From the NCBI GenBank assembly GCA_050008535.1, contig JBEKML010000001.1, positions 130,246 through 194,245 on the forward strand: a stretch of 64,000 bases of DNA, given 5' to 3'. Positions 54,593 to 63,435 of the stretch are shown here, piece by piece; positions within the stretch are counted from its first letter, which is position 1; each line of letters opens with the position of its first letter. The position numbers were made by a program, and so were the translations under genes. The notes below the pieces were generated by a model. It made no database searches. It worked only from the letters and a program-made list of their open reading frames with translations, and was not told the DNA's origin. Source of the DNA: Minisyncoccia bacterium (lineage in GTDB: Bacteria > Patescibacteriota > Minisyncoccia > UBA6257 > 2-01-FULL-56-20).

Positions 54593-55408
54593 ATGTTCAT
54601 CTTCCTCTACGGGCCGGACGACTATCGCCGGATACAAAAGAAAAAAGAGATCATAGCGGAGTTCAAGAAGAAACATTCCGCATTCGGACTCGGCATTTTT
54701 GATCTTGAGGCCGACGGCGGCATTGATAATTTTTTGGCATTTGCGGGAAGCCAGTCCATTTTCGAAACGGCGAAGCTCGCGGTTTTGGAGAACGCGTTCG
54801 TGCCGGAGGCGGAGAAGCTTGCGAAGATGTTAAAGCCGCTTGCGGCCGAAAAGGGGACCACTATTTTACTTGCCGAGAGAGAGAAGCCGGTGAAGGCATT
54901 TTCGTTTCTCCTTGAAAAGCCGTCACTCGCGCAAAAATTTGAAAATTTGGAGGGGCCGGAATGGGGCGCGTTTATAAGATCCGAGGCACAGAAGATCGAT
55001 CTGAGATTGGAAGGATCCGCGGTGCAATTTTTGGGGACGGTGTATCAGGGAAATTCCTGGGCTCTCGTCACGGAGCTTCAAAAACTAAGCGCACTCAAGG
55101 CGTCGCGCGGGCGCGGCGGCGAAGCGGCTCATGCGGCGACCGTTGAAAAAGGGGATCTGGACGTGCTTGACCTCGAAGCCGCGCCGAATTACTGGGCGCT
55201 CATAAACGGCCTCAAGAGCTATGACGCGCGGACACGCCTTTTTGCGCTTGAAAAATTATTCGCCGCGAACGACCCGCCGCCGAAAATTTTCAACATTTTG
55301 GCCGCGCAGGCGGGTGAAAAAATCCCGCGCATGGCGGAATATGACCTTGCGGTGAAATCGGGGAAAATGGATTACGAGGAAGTCTTGCTTGACCTTGCGA
55401 TCAGTTGA
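54593..55408 (+). CDS. holA: DNA polymerase III delta subunit-like
   Basis: FLYGPDDY N-terminus, ELQKL, DLAVKSG; convergent with rpsT. Confidence 0.8.
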   Translation: MFIFLYGPDDYRRIQKKKEIIAEFKKKHSAFGLGIFDLEADGGIDNFLAFAGSQSIFETAKLAVLENAFVPEAEKLAKMLKPLAAEKGTTILLAEREKPVKAFSFLLEKPSLAQKFENLEGPEWGAFIRSEAQKIDLRLEGSAVQFLGTVYQGNSWALVTELQKLSALKASRGRGGEAAHAATVEKGDLDVLDLEAAPNYWALINGLKSYDARTRLFALEKLFAANDPPPKIFNILAAQAGEKIPRMAEYDLAVKSGKMDYEEVLLDLAIS

Positions 55409-55647
55409 GCGAGGCGTGATTTCAGCCGATTCGCCTTATTTTTTTCGATCACCCTTGTTTTCACCGCCTTATCAAGCGCCCTGAAGACCGACGGCAGCAT
55501 TTTTTGCGCCTCGTCCATCTTTTTGCCGGCGACCAATTTCCGGTAGCTCGTAACCGCCTTTTTATAGGCCTCTTTCTTTACGACGTTCCGTGCGCGCCGC
55601 GTCAAGTTCTGCCGCCAGGCCTTTTTCGCCGATGAAGTGATTGGCAT
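55372..55647 (-). CDS. rpsT: 30S ribosomal protein S20
   Basis: MPITSSAKKA.RQ, LDKAVK..VIEKNKANRLKSRL. Confidence 0.96.
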   Translation of the reverse strand: MPITSSAKKAWRQNLTRRARNVVKKEAYKKAVTSYRKLVAGKKMDEAQKMLPSVFRALDKAVKTRVIEKNKANRLKSRLAQLIARSSKTSS

Positions 55648-55689
55648 ATAGGGCTAAGAATACAGGGAAAATCAGGCAAAGACAATGGC

Positions 55690-55718
55690 TTGACACAGTA
55701 TGTTTTATATGCTAACAT
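55690..55718 (+). promoter_or_regulatory. sigma70 promoter of the 42-aa peptide gene
   Basis: TTGACA-17 nt-TAACAT with extended -10 TG. Confidence 0.72.
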
Positions 55719-55741
55719 TTGGCAAGGAGGCGGTAGTCATC

Positions 55742-55870
55742 ATGAAGAAGAGCGTAGCACTTCTTGTGTGTATCGGTTTCTTCTGGATATTGCTCTCATC
55801 GTCCACGTGGCAATTCCTCGCGGACAAGATGAGCGGCATCGCGCGGCTCCTGGCGGGAGCCGCACGATAA
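55742..55870 (+). CDS. unannotated 42-aa membrane peptide
   Basis: MKKSVALLVCIGFFWILLSSSTWQFLADKMSGIARLLAGAAR; AAGGAGG SD, own promoter, downstream hairpins and T tract. Confidence 0.68.
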   Translation: MKKSVALLVCIGFFWILLSSSTWQFLADKMSGIARLLAGAAR

Positions 55871-55983
55871 GCGCGGAATGCACATTTCCGCCCGGATACG
55901 GGCCCCTGGCGACAGCGGGCCCTTCAAGTTTTTTTAGCCTTTCTTTTTGGGGTCTTTCATGGAATTTGCGGTATACTTTGAAT

Positions 55984-56562
55984 ATGCTTTACAGCGTTTC
56001 GGGAAAAGTGGCACTAAAGTCCGACCGGTTCGCCGTGATTGAGGCGGGAGGATTGGGCTTGAAAATTTCAATGAGCGGACGGACCCTTGCGGCATTGCCT
56101 GCCGCGGGGAACGGAGCGAAGATTTTTACCTATCTGCATATGCGCGAGGACGGACTGGAACTCTACGGTTTTTTGTCAGAAAAGGACCTCGCGTTTTTTG
56201 AGATGCTTATTTCGGTATCGGGCGTGGGGCCGCGGTCGGCGCTTGCGATTCTGGACGTGGCAAAGTTGGACGAGCTTGCAGCGGCAATAAAAGAAGGCCG
56301 GCCGGATTTGCTCACCCGCGCGTCCGGCATCGGGAGGAAAACGGCGGAGCGGATCATCGTGGAACTCCGTACAAAAGTCCAATCCGCGAAATCGGGACTG
56401 GTTATTGAAAAAATGGAAGGCGATGCGGATATTGTTGAGGCGCTTACGAATCTTGGCTATCGGCGCGAGGAGGCGCGCGCGGCACTTGCAAAAGTAGATC
56501 AGAAAATACGCGGCACGGAGGAGCGCCTCAAGGCCGCGCTTGCGATACTTTCAAAAAAATAG
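55984..56562 (+). CDS. ruvA: Holliday junction binding protein RuvA
   Basis: REDGLELYGF, SVSGVGPRSA, GIGRKTAERIIVEL, ALTNLGY; start reset to ATG 55984. Confidence 0.96.
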   Translation: MLYSVSGKVALKSDRFAVIEAGGLGLKISMSGRTLAALPAAGNGAKIFTYLHMREDGLELYGFLSEKDLAFFEMLISVSGVGPRSALAILDVAKLDELAAAIKEGRPDLLTRASGIGRKTAERIIVELRTKVQSAKSGLVIEKMEGDADIVEALTNLGYRREEARAALAKVDQKIRGTEERLKAALAILSKK

Positions 56563-56577
56563 CTCAAGAACGACCGT

Positions 56578-57882
56578 ATGGCAGCAATAGACACCATAAA
56601 ACGTTCCCGCATCGCAAAACTTTTCTACCATTCCCCGCGCCTTGTTTCGGCCTATCACCGTTTTTGGGCGTGGTTCGGCGCGGTCACGAACGGGCATCCG
56701 AGCAAAAAAATATTCGTGATCGGCGTCACGGGCACAAAAGGGAAAACGACTACGCTGGAACTTTTGAATGCCATGCTTGAGGCGGCGGGACGCCGGACGG
56801 CGCTTCTCTCGTCGCTCCGCGTGAAGATCGGCGCGACAAGTGAAAAAAATAACCTTGGGAACACCATGCCCGGCCACGGTTACATCCAGAAATTCCTGAA
56901 GCGCGCCTTAGGGGCGCAATGCACGTACGCGCTTGTTGAGGTTGCCTCGCAGGGCATTGTTTCGCACCGCCACGAATTTATTGATTGGAAGGTCGGCGTA
57001 CTTACGAATCTTGCGCCGGAACACATTGAATCGCATGGCTCTTTCGAGAACTACCGAAAAGCAAAGTTGGATTTCCTGAAATACGTCCTCGCGCGCGGCG
57101 GCGCGGTGTTTTTGAATCGCGATGACCAGCACTTCCCATTTTTTAACAAAGTGCTTGAAAACCAAAAAACAGTTCCTTATTCAAAAGACGACAAGGGACT
57201 GAAAAATTATTTTTCAAAAATTGAATCGCCGCACTTCGCGAGACGCGGATCTGCGCCGAAGTTTGTCCTGACCGATTTTAACAGGGAGAATGCCGCCGCG
57301 GCAGCCACGGTTGCGAAAATTTTGGGCATTGATGAGACGGCCATCGAGCGCGCACTCGGCTCTTTTGAGGGCGTTCCGGGGAGAATGGAATTTATGACAA
57401 AAGGGCCGTATACCGCGATCGTTGATTATGCCCACACGCCGGATTCACTTGAGGCGGCCTACGTGGCGGCGCGGCCGAAGCCGAACGCGAACTATCCCAA
57501 TGCGCGCCTTATTTGCGTTTTGGGAGCTGCGGGAGGCGGACGTGACAAATGGAAGCGTCCGGAGTTCGGCAGGATCGCGGGGGCCTATTGCGACGAGATC
57601 ATTCTTACCACCGAAGATCCCTACGACGAAGACCCTGCGGAAATCATTCAGGAAATCAAAAGCGGGATTTTGTCCGAGGACGCGGAAGCGGTGGATCTCT
57701 ATGAGGTTCCGGACCGTCGCGAAGCGATAAAAAAAGCAGTTGCGCTCGCGCGGCCTGGGGACGTTGTGATCGGGACGGGCAAGGGAAGCGAGGATTGGAT
57801 TCATGTGGCAAGGGGGCAAAAAATTTCCTGGAGCGAAAGGCGGGCGTTTGAGGAAGCGCTTGAGGAAAAAGAGTATAATTAA
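56578..57882 (+). CDS. murE: MurE-like Mur ligase
   Basis: GVTGTKGKTT, EVASQG, TNLAPEH, PGRME, VDYAHTPDSL, GKGSE. Confidence 0.88.
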   Translation: MAAIDTIKRSRIAKLFYHSPRLVSAYHRFWAWFGAVTNGHPSKKIFVIGVTGTKGKTTTLELLNAMLEAAGRRTALLSSLRVKIGATSEKNNLGNTMPGHGYIQKFLKRALGAQCTYALVEVASQGIVSHRHEFIDWKVGVLTNLAPEHIESHGSFENYRKAKLDFLKYVLARGGAVFLNRDDQHFPFFNKVLENQKTVPYSKDDKGLKNYFSKIESPHFARRGSAPKFVLTDFNRENAAAAATVAKILGIDETAIERALGSFEGVPGRMEFMTKGPYTAIVDYAHTPDSLEAAYVAARPKPNANYPNARLICVLGAAGGGRDKWKRPEFGRIAGAYCDEIILTTEDPYDEDPAEIIQEIKSGILSEDAEAVDLYEVPDRREAIKKAVALARPGDVVIGTGKGSEDWIHVARGQKISWSERRAFEEALEEKEYN

Positions 57883-57889
57883 ACCCAAC

Positions 57890-59236
57890 ATGAAACTGAC
57901 ATTTTACGGCGGCGTGGGCGAGGTGACCGGGGCGAACTATTTTTTGGAGTCCGGCGGGACGAATATTATGGTGGATTGCGGCCTGCACCAGGGGAGCCAC
58001 TATGCGGAGCGACAGAATTTCGAACCGTTCCCATACGATGCAAAAGAAATAAGCGCCGTGTTCATAACACATTCCCACCTTGACCACACTGGCCGTTTGC
58101 CGTCGCTTATCCGTGCGGGATTCAAGGGGACGATCTATTCCACCCCTGCGACGAAGGATTTTGCGGAATTCATGCTTCTGGATTCGGAACATCTTCTTGA
58201 AAAAGAAGCGGAGCGCGAAAGGCGGCCGGTGCTCTATACGACGGAGGATATCGTACAGGCGCGGCAGCACTGGCAAGGGCTTCAGTATCACAGTCCCGTC
58301 ACGGTGGGCCCTTTTACGGTTGAACTTTTTGATGCTGGGCATATTTTGGGCTCGGCGATCATAAAAGTGCAAGCGGAAGGAAAGACGATCGTCTTCTCCG
58401 GGGACCTTGGCAATTCTCCCGCGCCGATCATACAACCGACAGAAAAAATAGATAAGGCGGATTATTGCGTGATTGAATCAACCTACGGCGACCGCGTGCA
58501 TGAGGACGTGGACAAGCGCAGGGAACAACTGGAAGACGTGGTGGAGGATACAGTGAAAGCCGGCGGCACGCTCATGATCCCGACCTTTGCTATGGAGCGG
58601 ACGCAGGAATTGCTCTACCACCTACACCAGCTTTTCAAAGAGGGCCGCGTTCCCCGCGTGCCGGTCTTTATCGACAGTCCCTTGGCCATCAAGCTCACGG
58701 CGGTCTACAAAAAATACGAAAATTATTTTAATCCCGAAACGCAGCACATCGCGAAGTCCGGTGATGACATTTTAAACTTCCCCGGGCTTCGGCTCACGCT
58801 CACGACGGAGCAGTCAAAAGAGATCAATGGTGTCCCGCCGCCGAAGGTGGTGATCGCGGGCTCAGGCATGTCGAACGGCGGCCGCATTTTGCATCACGAG
58901 ATGCGCTACCTTCCCGATCCAAAGAGCACCATTCTTTTTATCGGTTATCAGGCAAATGGATCGCTCGGCAGGCAGATCTTGGACGGCGCGCAGGAAGTGC
59001 ACATTTTTGGCGAGAAAATTCCCGTGCGGTGCAAAAAGGTGAACATTCCGGGGTATTCCGCGCACGCCGACCAGCCGCTTCTTTTAGGATGGCTTTCTCC
59101 CATGCGCCAGTCGCTCAAAAAAGTATTCGTTGTGCAGGGCGAGGAACAGTCAAGCGACGCTTTAATGCACAAGATCGTGGATGACCTTGCGATCACGGCC
59201 GAGGTGCCGAAGCCGGGCGAAACGGTGGTATTATAA
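57890..59236 (+). CDS. MBL-fold beta-CASP ribonuclease
   Basis: THSHLDHTG, AGHILGS, FSGDLG, ESTYG, YSAHAD. Confidence 0.93.
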   Translation: MKLTFYGGVGEVTGANYFLESGGTNIMVDCGLHQGSHYAERQNFEPFPYDAKEISAVFITHSHLDHTGRLPSLIRAGFKGTIYSTPATKDFAEFMLLDSEHLLEKEAERERRPVLYTTEDIVQARQHWQGLQYHSPVTVGPFTVELFDAGHILGSAIIKVQAEGKTIVFSGDLGNSPAPIIQPTEKIDKADYCVIESTYGDRVHEDVDKRREQLEDVVEDTVKAGGTLMIPTFAMERTQELLYHLHQLFKEGRVPRVPVFIDSPLAIKLTAVYKKYENYFNPETQHIAKSGDDILNFPGLRLTLTTEQSKEINGVPPPKVVIAGSGMSNGGRILHHEMRYLPDPKSTILFIGYQANGSLGRQILDGAQEVHIFGEKIPVRCKKVNIPGYSAHADQPLLLGWLSPMRQSLKKVFVVQGEEQSSDALMHKIVDDLAITAEVPKPGETVVL

Positions 59237-59240
59237 AGCT

Positions 59241-59837
59241 ATGGCGAACGATAAAAAATCCGATTCTCAAGAAGCCGCCTCGGCCTATTTGAAATATAAA
59301 ATTTGTATTTCCGGCTCCGCTGTGACCGACATAGCGACGCCGGGTACGCTGGAGAAGACCGAAGCGATGGGGCGCATGATCGCAGAGAAAGGAATGGTCC
59401 TTATCACAGGCGCCACGACCGGCATTCCTTATTGGGCGGCGAAGGGGGCAAAGGAAGCCGGCGGCATCGTGATCGGCCTCTCACCTGCCGCGTCAAAGAG
59501 CGCGCACATAAAGAGCTATCACCTGCCGACGGATTACCACGACCTTATTGTCTACACCGGCTTTGATTATTCCGGGCGAAACCTGCTCCTCACGCGCACT
59601 GCCGATGCCGTGATCACGATTTGCGGCCGCGTGGGCACTTTGAATGAATTTACGATCGCGTTTGAGGATAAAAAACCACAAGGGGTTCTTACGGGGACGG
59701 GCGGAGAGAGCGACGAGATCGAGCGGATATTGGACATTGCGCACCGCGGCACGGGGAAAGTGGTGTTTGATCCCGACCCAAAGTCGCTTCTGGATAAGGT
59801 TGTCGCAATGGTCAAGGCGGAGGAAAAAGAGTTGTAA
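59241..59837 (+). CDS. LOG/SLOG-family Rossmann-fold protein
   Basis: ITGATTG, IGLSP, GRNLL, GRVGTLNEF. Confidence 0.85.
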   Translation: MANDKKSDSQEAASAYLKYKICISGSAVTDIATPGTLEKTEAMGRMIAEKGMVLITGATTGIPYWAAKGAKEAGGIVIGLSPAASKSAHIKSYHLPTDYHDLIVYTGFDYSGRNLLLTRTADAVITICGRVGTLNEFTIAFEDKKPQGVLTGTGGESDEIERILDIAHRGTGKVVFDPDPKSLLDKVVAMVKAEEKEL

Positions 59838-59862
59838 AGGTCGCAAAGGAAAATACTAAACA

Positions 59863-60159
59863 ATGGCCAAAAAGGAAGCTACAAAAGCAGCGAAGGCTCC
59901 AAAAGAGAAAACCCCGACGCCGATCGGCGAGGTGACCCACTTTTACAATAAGATCGGCGTCGCGATCGTGAAGTTCAATAAGGCGGTTCCTGTGGGGACG
60001 AAGCTTGCGTTCAAGGGTGCCACGACGGATTTTGAAGAGACGGTGGACTCCATGCAATATGATCATAAGCCGATCGACTCCGCCCCAAAAGGCGAACAAG
60101 TGGGCATCAAGGTGAAAGAAAGCGTTCGTGAGGGGGATCTGGTGTACCCCGTGGAATGA
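59863..60159 (+). CDS. translation-factor-like beta-barrel protein (U32 C-terminal-like)
   Basis: IGEVTHFYNKIGVAIV, SMQYDH, GEQVGIKV...VREGDLVY. Confidence 0.8.
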   Translation: MAKKEATKAAKAPKEKTPTPIGEVTHFYNKIGVAIVKFNKAVPVGTKLAFKGATTDFEETVDSMQYDHKPIDSAPKGEQVGIKVKESVREGDLVYPVE

Positions 60160-61271
60160 GGCCGGCCTCGGGCGGGTTTTTTAAGGTCGCTGCAATCGTT
60201 GCTGCGGCGACGGTGGGGGACGGCGTCTTCGCGCTGCCATTCGTATTTTATAAAGCCGGCTGGCTCCTCGGCCTTTTTTATTTGATCGTGCTTGCCGGCT
60301 TCGTGAGTGCCGCACACGTGGTGTATCTAAAAACGCTTGAAAAAATCGGCGAGAAGGAACGGCTCTTGGGGCTCGCAGGGAAATATTTCGGCCGCAGCGG
60401 ATTTTGGGTTGGGTTTGTGGCGATCGTGCTGGGCCTAATCCTCACGCTCGTCGCCTATCTTATTTTGGGCACACAGTTCGTCCAACTTGCGGCTCCGTCG
60501 GTTTCCCCCAATGTTGCGTTTTTTGTCTTTTGGCTTTTCACCGCAGTTCCCATTTTCTTAAACGATCGTCGCGTGGTCAAACTTGAACTTGTGGGCATCG
60601 CCTGCACTTCGGCCATCATAGTTTTTATCTTTGCAAGCGCATGGCCCGCTGTGATATTCGCGGGCATCCCCCTGGTCAACGGGCAAAATTTTTTCCTGCC
60701 GTTCGGTGTCATCCTCTTTGCGCTCGCCGGCTGGACAAGCGTGGAGCCCGCATATGAATCGCGGAAGAAGTCTGGCGCGTCATCCGACCCGTGGCGCGCG
60801 CTTGCCGCGGGATCGTTCGTGGCGGCGCTCTTATATACCATGTTTATTGTGGGCATACTGGGGTCCACGCCCGCGGCCACGCCCGACACTGTCTCTGGCC
60901 TCACTTCCTGGCCTATTTGGAAAAAAGAGATCATCGCTATTTTCGGTCTGCTTGCGGTCGCGACCATTTATCTGCCGATTTCCCATGAGATAAAAAACGC
61001 GCTGGAAAAGGACCTTGGGTGGAACGGGTCCGTGTCGCGCTTCCTGATCTTATTCGTGCCGCTCGTTTTTATCGGCCTCGGCTTGCGCAGTTTTCTCACT
61101 GTGGCTGGCATTGTGGGCGGCGCGTTCATCGGTGCGCAATACCTCCTTATTGTCGCCGTCGGCCGCCGCGCACTTATGCTCTCTGCCGCGAAGAATTTTT
61201 TTCTCGATCTTATCGCGGTCGTCTTCGCCGCTGCCGCCGTTTACGAAGTGTGGACTTTCGTAGTACACTAG
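60156..61271 (+). CDS. aromatic amino acid permease family transporter
   Basis: ATVGDGVFALPF, about 11 TM helices, PFGVILFALAG. Confidence 0.82.
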   Translation: MRPASGGFFKVAAIVAAATVGDGVFALPFVFYKAGWLLGLFYLIVLAGFVSAAHVVYLKTLEKIGEKERLLGLAGKYFGRSGFWVGFVAIVLGLILTLVAYLILGTQFVQLAAPSVSPNVAFFVFWLFTAVPIFLNDRRVVKLELVGIACTSAIIVFIFASAWPAVIFAGIPLVNGQNFFLPFGVILFALAGWTSVEPAYESRKKSGASSDPWRALAAGSFVAALLYTMFIVGILGSTPAATPDTVSGLTSWPIWKKEIIAIFGLLAVATIYLPISHEIKNALEKDLGWNGSVSRFLILFVPLVFIGLGLRSFLTVAGIVGGAFIGAQYLLIVAVGRRALMLSAAKNFFLDLIAVVFAAAAVYEVWTFVVH

Positions 61272-61300
61272 CGACGTAGCGGCACCCCGGGCGCCGCATT

Positions 61301-61372
61301 GCCCTCGTAGTTCAACGGACAGAATATCTCCCTCCGAAGGAGCAGATTGAGGTTCAATTCCTCACGGGGGCA
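61301..61372 (+). tRNA. tRNA-Arg(CCG)
   Basis: GCCCTCG/CGGGGGC acceptor, CTCC-CTCCGAA-GGAG anticodon arm, GGTTCAATTCC. Confidence 0.93.
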
Positions 61373-61443
61373 CGAGCAAGGCAAAAAGGGTTCGGGAAGA
61401 GTACTAAGAAGGGCTCTTCCCGAACCCTTTTTGCCTTGCTCGT
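61372..61443. repeat. perfect 30-bp inverted repeat with 12-nt loop
   Basis: ACGAGCAAGGCAAAAAGGGTTCGGGAAGAG at 61372-61401 and its reverse complement at 61414-61443. Confidence 0.92.
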
Positions 61444-61481
61444 TAAAACTCACTCGCCATCAGAACATTCTTAAAACAACT

Positions 61482-62660
61482 TCACGCAATATCCTTCGCC
61501 ACTTTTGCGTCGCGGATGGCGTACATCCTGCGGGAGTAGATGGTCTTCATCGTCTTGTCGGTTGCGTAGCCGATGGCCGCGAGGATTAGGAAATAGAGCG
61601 CGCCGACCATCGTGAATGACGGCGGCTTTTGGGTGAACAGGCTGATGAGCGTGGCGCCGACGCCCATTGAGGTGATGATGGCGAGGTTCTTCACCGAACT
61701 CTCCGTGCTTTTTGCCTGGATGCTCCCGAAAAGATCCAGCGCCGACTGGACGTAATTCTTGGTCATGCCCCAGATGTCCTTGATGTATTCCAGCGTGTCG
61801 GCAAGCGTTTCGTGCTTGAATTCAAGCACGCCGAGAAATTTTTCGAGGTCGCGATTGTCTTTTATGATCGTCCCGCGCGTTTTGAGGTATGTTCCCATCT
61901 GGTTGATCCGCGCCTCGATAAGATTGATAGTCTTCGCGTAGCTTTCAATTTTTTCCTTGAAGGCGCCCACTTCCTTGCCGCGGATGCTACCCTTCTCTTT
62001 TACTTCCGCAATGCGTTCCCAAATGATCCGGTGGAGGTTCAGATACCGGTGCAGCTGCGCCTTGAATTCCCGGATAAAGATCTGCTCATTGATGAAACAC
62101 TCGACATTCTCCATGGATTCCGAGATGTTATTGATCACATAAAGCTTGTCCCCGCGGTAGATCTCAAATTCCTTCTTGCGGACGTCGAAATATTCTTTTT
62201 CGTTGAATGCTGCGAAAATTTCTTTTATGTCCTTCTGCGCCGCTTTTTTGAGGACGACGAAATAGGGATAGATCGTTTTTATGTTCGCGAGCTCTTTCGG
62301 GATCGGTGCGCCCAAACTGAAGATGTAGCTGATGCCGGGCGAGAGCTTCTCTTCGTAGTAAGAGGTAAGTGCTTTAATATCCTCCGAAAGCGTGTTTGTA
62401 TTTTCCTTGCTCAAAACCACAAGTCCGTCCTCGTAGATCTTTATCTCCACGCCCGTTTTGCTTTTGACGTCTATCCAATCAAGACGCGAAACCTCCATGC
62501 GGACCGTGGCGATATCCATCGCGTTTCGGAGCGCCTTCAGTTTTTCCTTATCGAGCTCGAGCGGCGACGCCGCGCTTTCCAAAAAATCGTAGATCTCCGA
62601 CAGGTGTAGCGTCGTCCTCTGGAACCATCCGCCGACGTAAATTTTTTGGGCTTTTGACAC
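61482..62660 (-). CDS. hypothetical protein with CorA-like architecture
   Basis: Alpha/beta N-domain, long coiled-coil helices, two C-terminal TM helices; no GMN motif. Confidence 0.7.
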   Translation of the reverse strand: MSKAQKIYVGGWFQRTTLHLSEIYDFLESAASPLELDKEKLKALRNAMDIATVRMEVSRLDWIDVKSKTGVEIKIYEDGLVVLSKENTNTLSEDIKALTSYYEEKLSPGISYIFSLGAPIPKELANIKTIYPYFVVLKKAAQKDIKEIFAAFNEKEYFDVRKKEFEIYRGDKLYVINNISESMENVECFINEQIFIREFKAQLHRYLNLHRIIWERIAEVKEKGSIRGKEVGAFKEKIESYAKTINLIEARINQMGTYLKTRGTIIKDNRDLEKFLGVLEFKHETLADTLEYIKDIWGMTKNYVQSALDLFGSIQAKSTESSVKNLAIITSMGVGATLISLFTQKPPSFTMVGALYFLILAAIGYATDKTMKTIYSRRMYAIRDAKVAKDIA

Positions 62661-62811
62661 GTTTTATTAAGTATATCAATTCCATGCGTTCAACGCTAAA
62701 ATAATATGGCACATGCGTTCGTACCACCATTACTATCACGACAAAGTGTATCGGGTGTCGCGGGGCTTGCGGTGGTCCTCGGTGCAAGCTACGCATTTAT
62801 GAGAAAACAAA

Positions 62812-63435
62812 ATGGATAAAATGCCCCTGATCACCGCCCACCGCGGCGGGAAATTCTGGGAAGGCGATGATTTTTCATATATTTCCGAATCTATCCGTGA
62901 CGGTGCTGATATTATTGAGCTTGACGTGCGACTGTGCGATGGAAAATATATCGTGCAACACGCGCCATACGAAAAAGCACAGGGCTTTTTAGAAGACGCT
63001 TTTGCACGCACCGAAAATACGGCGCTGTATCTTGATATAAAAAGCCGCGATATAAAAATCAACGAGCTAATAGCGTATGTCCATTCCTTTTGCTCAAGCC
63101 ATATTATTGTCGGTTCATACCACCTGGATCTGTTGCGCAGCATTCAGGATCTTGCCGTAGAACGGAACTGCCATTGTGTTCTGCCGTGGACCGCCGTGCC
63201 GCGCGGGCGATCCGCCCACGCCGGATGGGTCAATCCATTGTGCTATTTCACCACCAAATCCCTCGCGCAAGAAATTCGGGATGCCGGATTTAAATTCGTC
63301 CCTAGTGGCAACCAGATTTTCAAAAAGCACGAGATAATGGAAAATCAATTACGCTATGCGCGATGGGGAGCATACGCCATCTCTACCCATCACGTGAAGG
63401 AAATGAAGGAGCTATTACAACAAATCAATGATTGA
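62812..63435 (+). CDS. glycerophosphodiester phosphodiesterase family protein
   Basis: TAHRGG, GADIIELDVR, YLDIK. Confidence 0.85.
   Translation: MDKMPLITAHRGGKFWEGDDFSYISESIRDGADIIELDVRLCDGKYIVQHAPYEKAQGFLEDAFARTENTALYLDIKSRDIKINELIAYVHSFCSSHIIVGSYHLDLLRSIQDLAVERNCHCVLPWTAVPRGRSAHAGWVNPLCYFTTKSLAQEIRDAGFKFVPSGNQIFKKHEIMENQLRYARWGAYAISTHHVKEMKELLQQIND

Noticed and set aside
55372-55408. holA/rpsT 37-bp convergent overlap as a special system
   Set aside because: Short 3' overlaps are ordinary in compact genomes.
55690-55983. 98-aa N-terminal extension of RuvA
   Set aside because: Called start is the TTG of a -35 box; RuvA homology begins at 55984 with its own -10.
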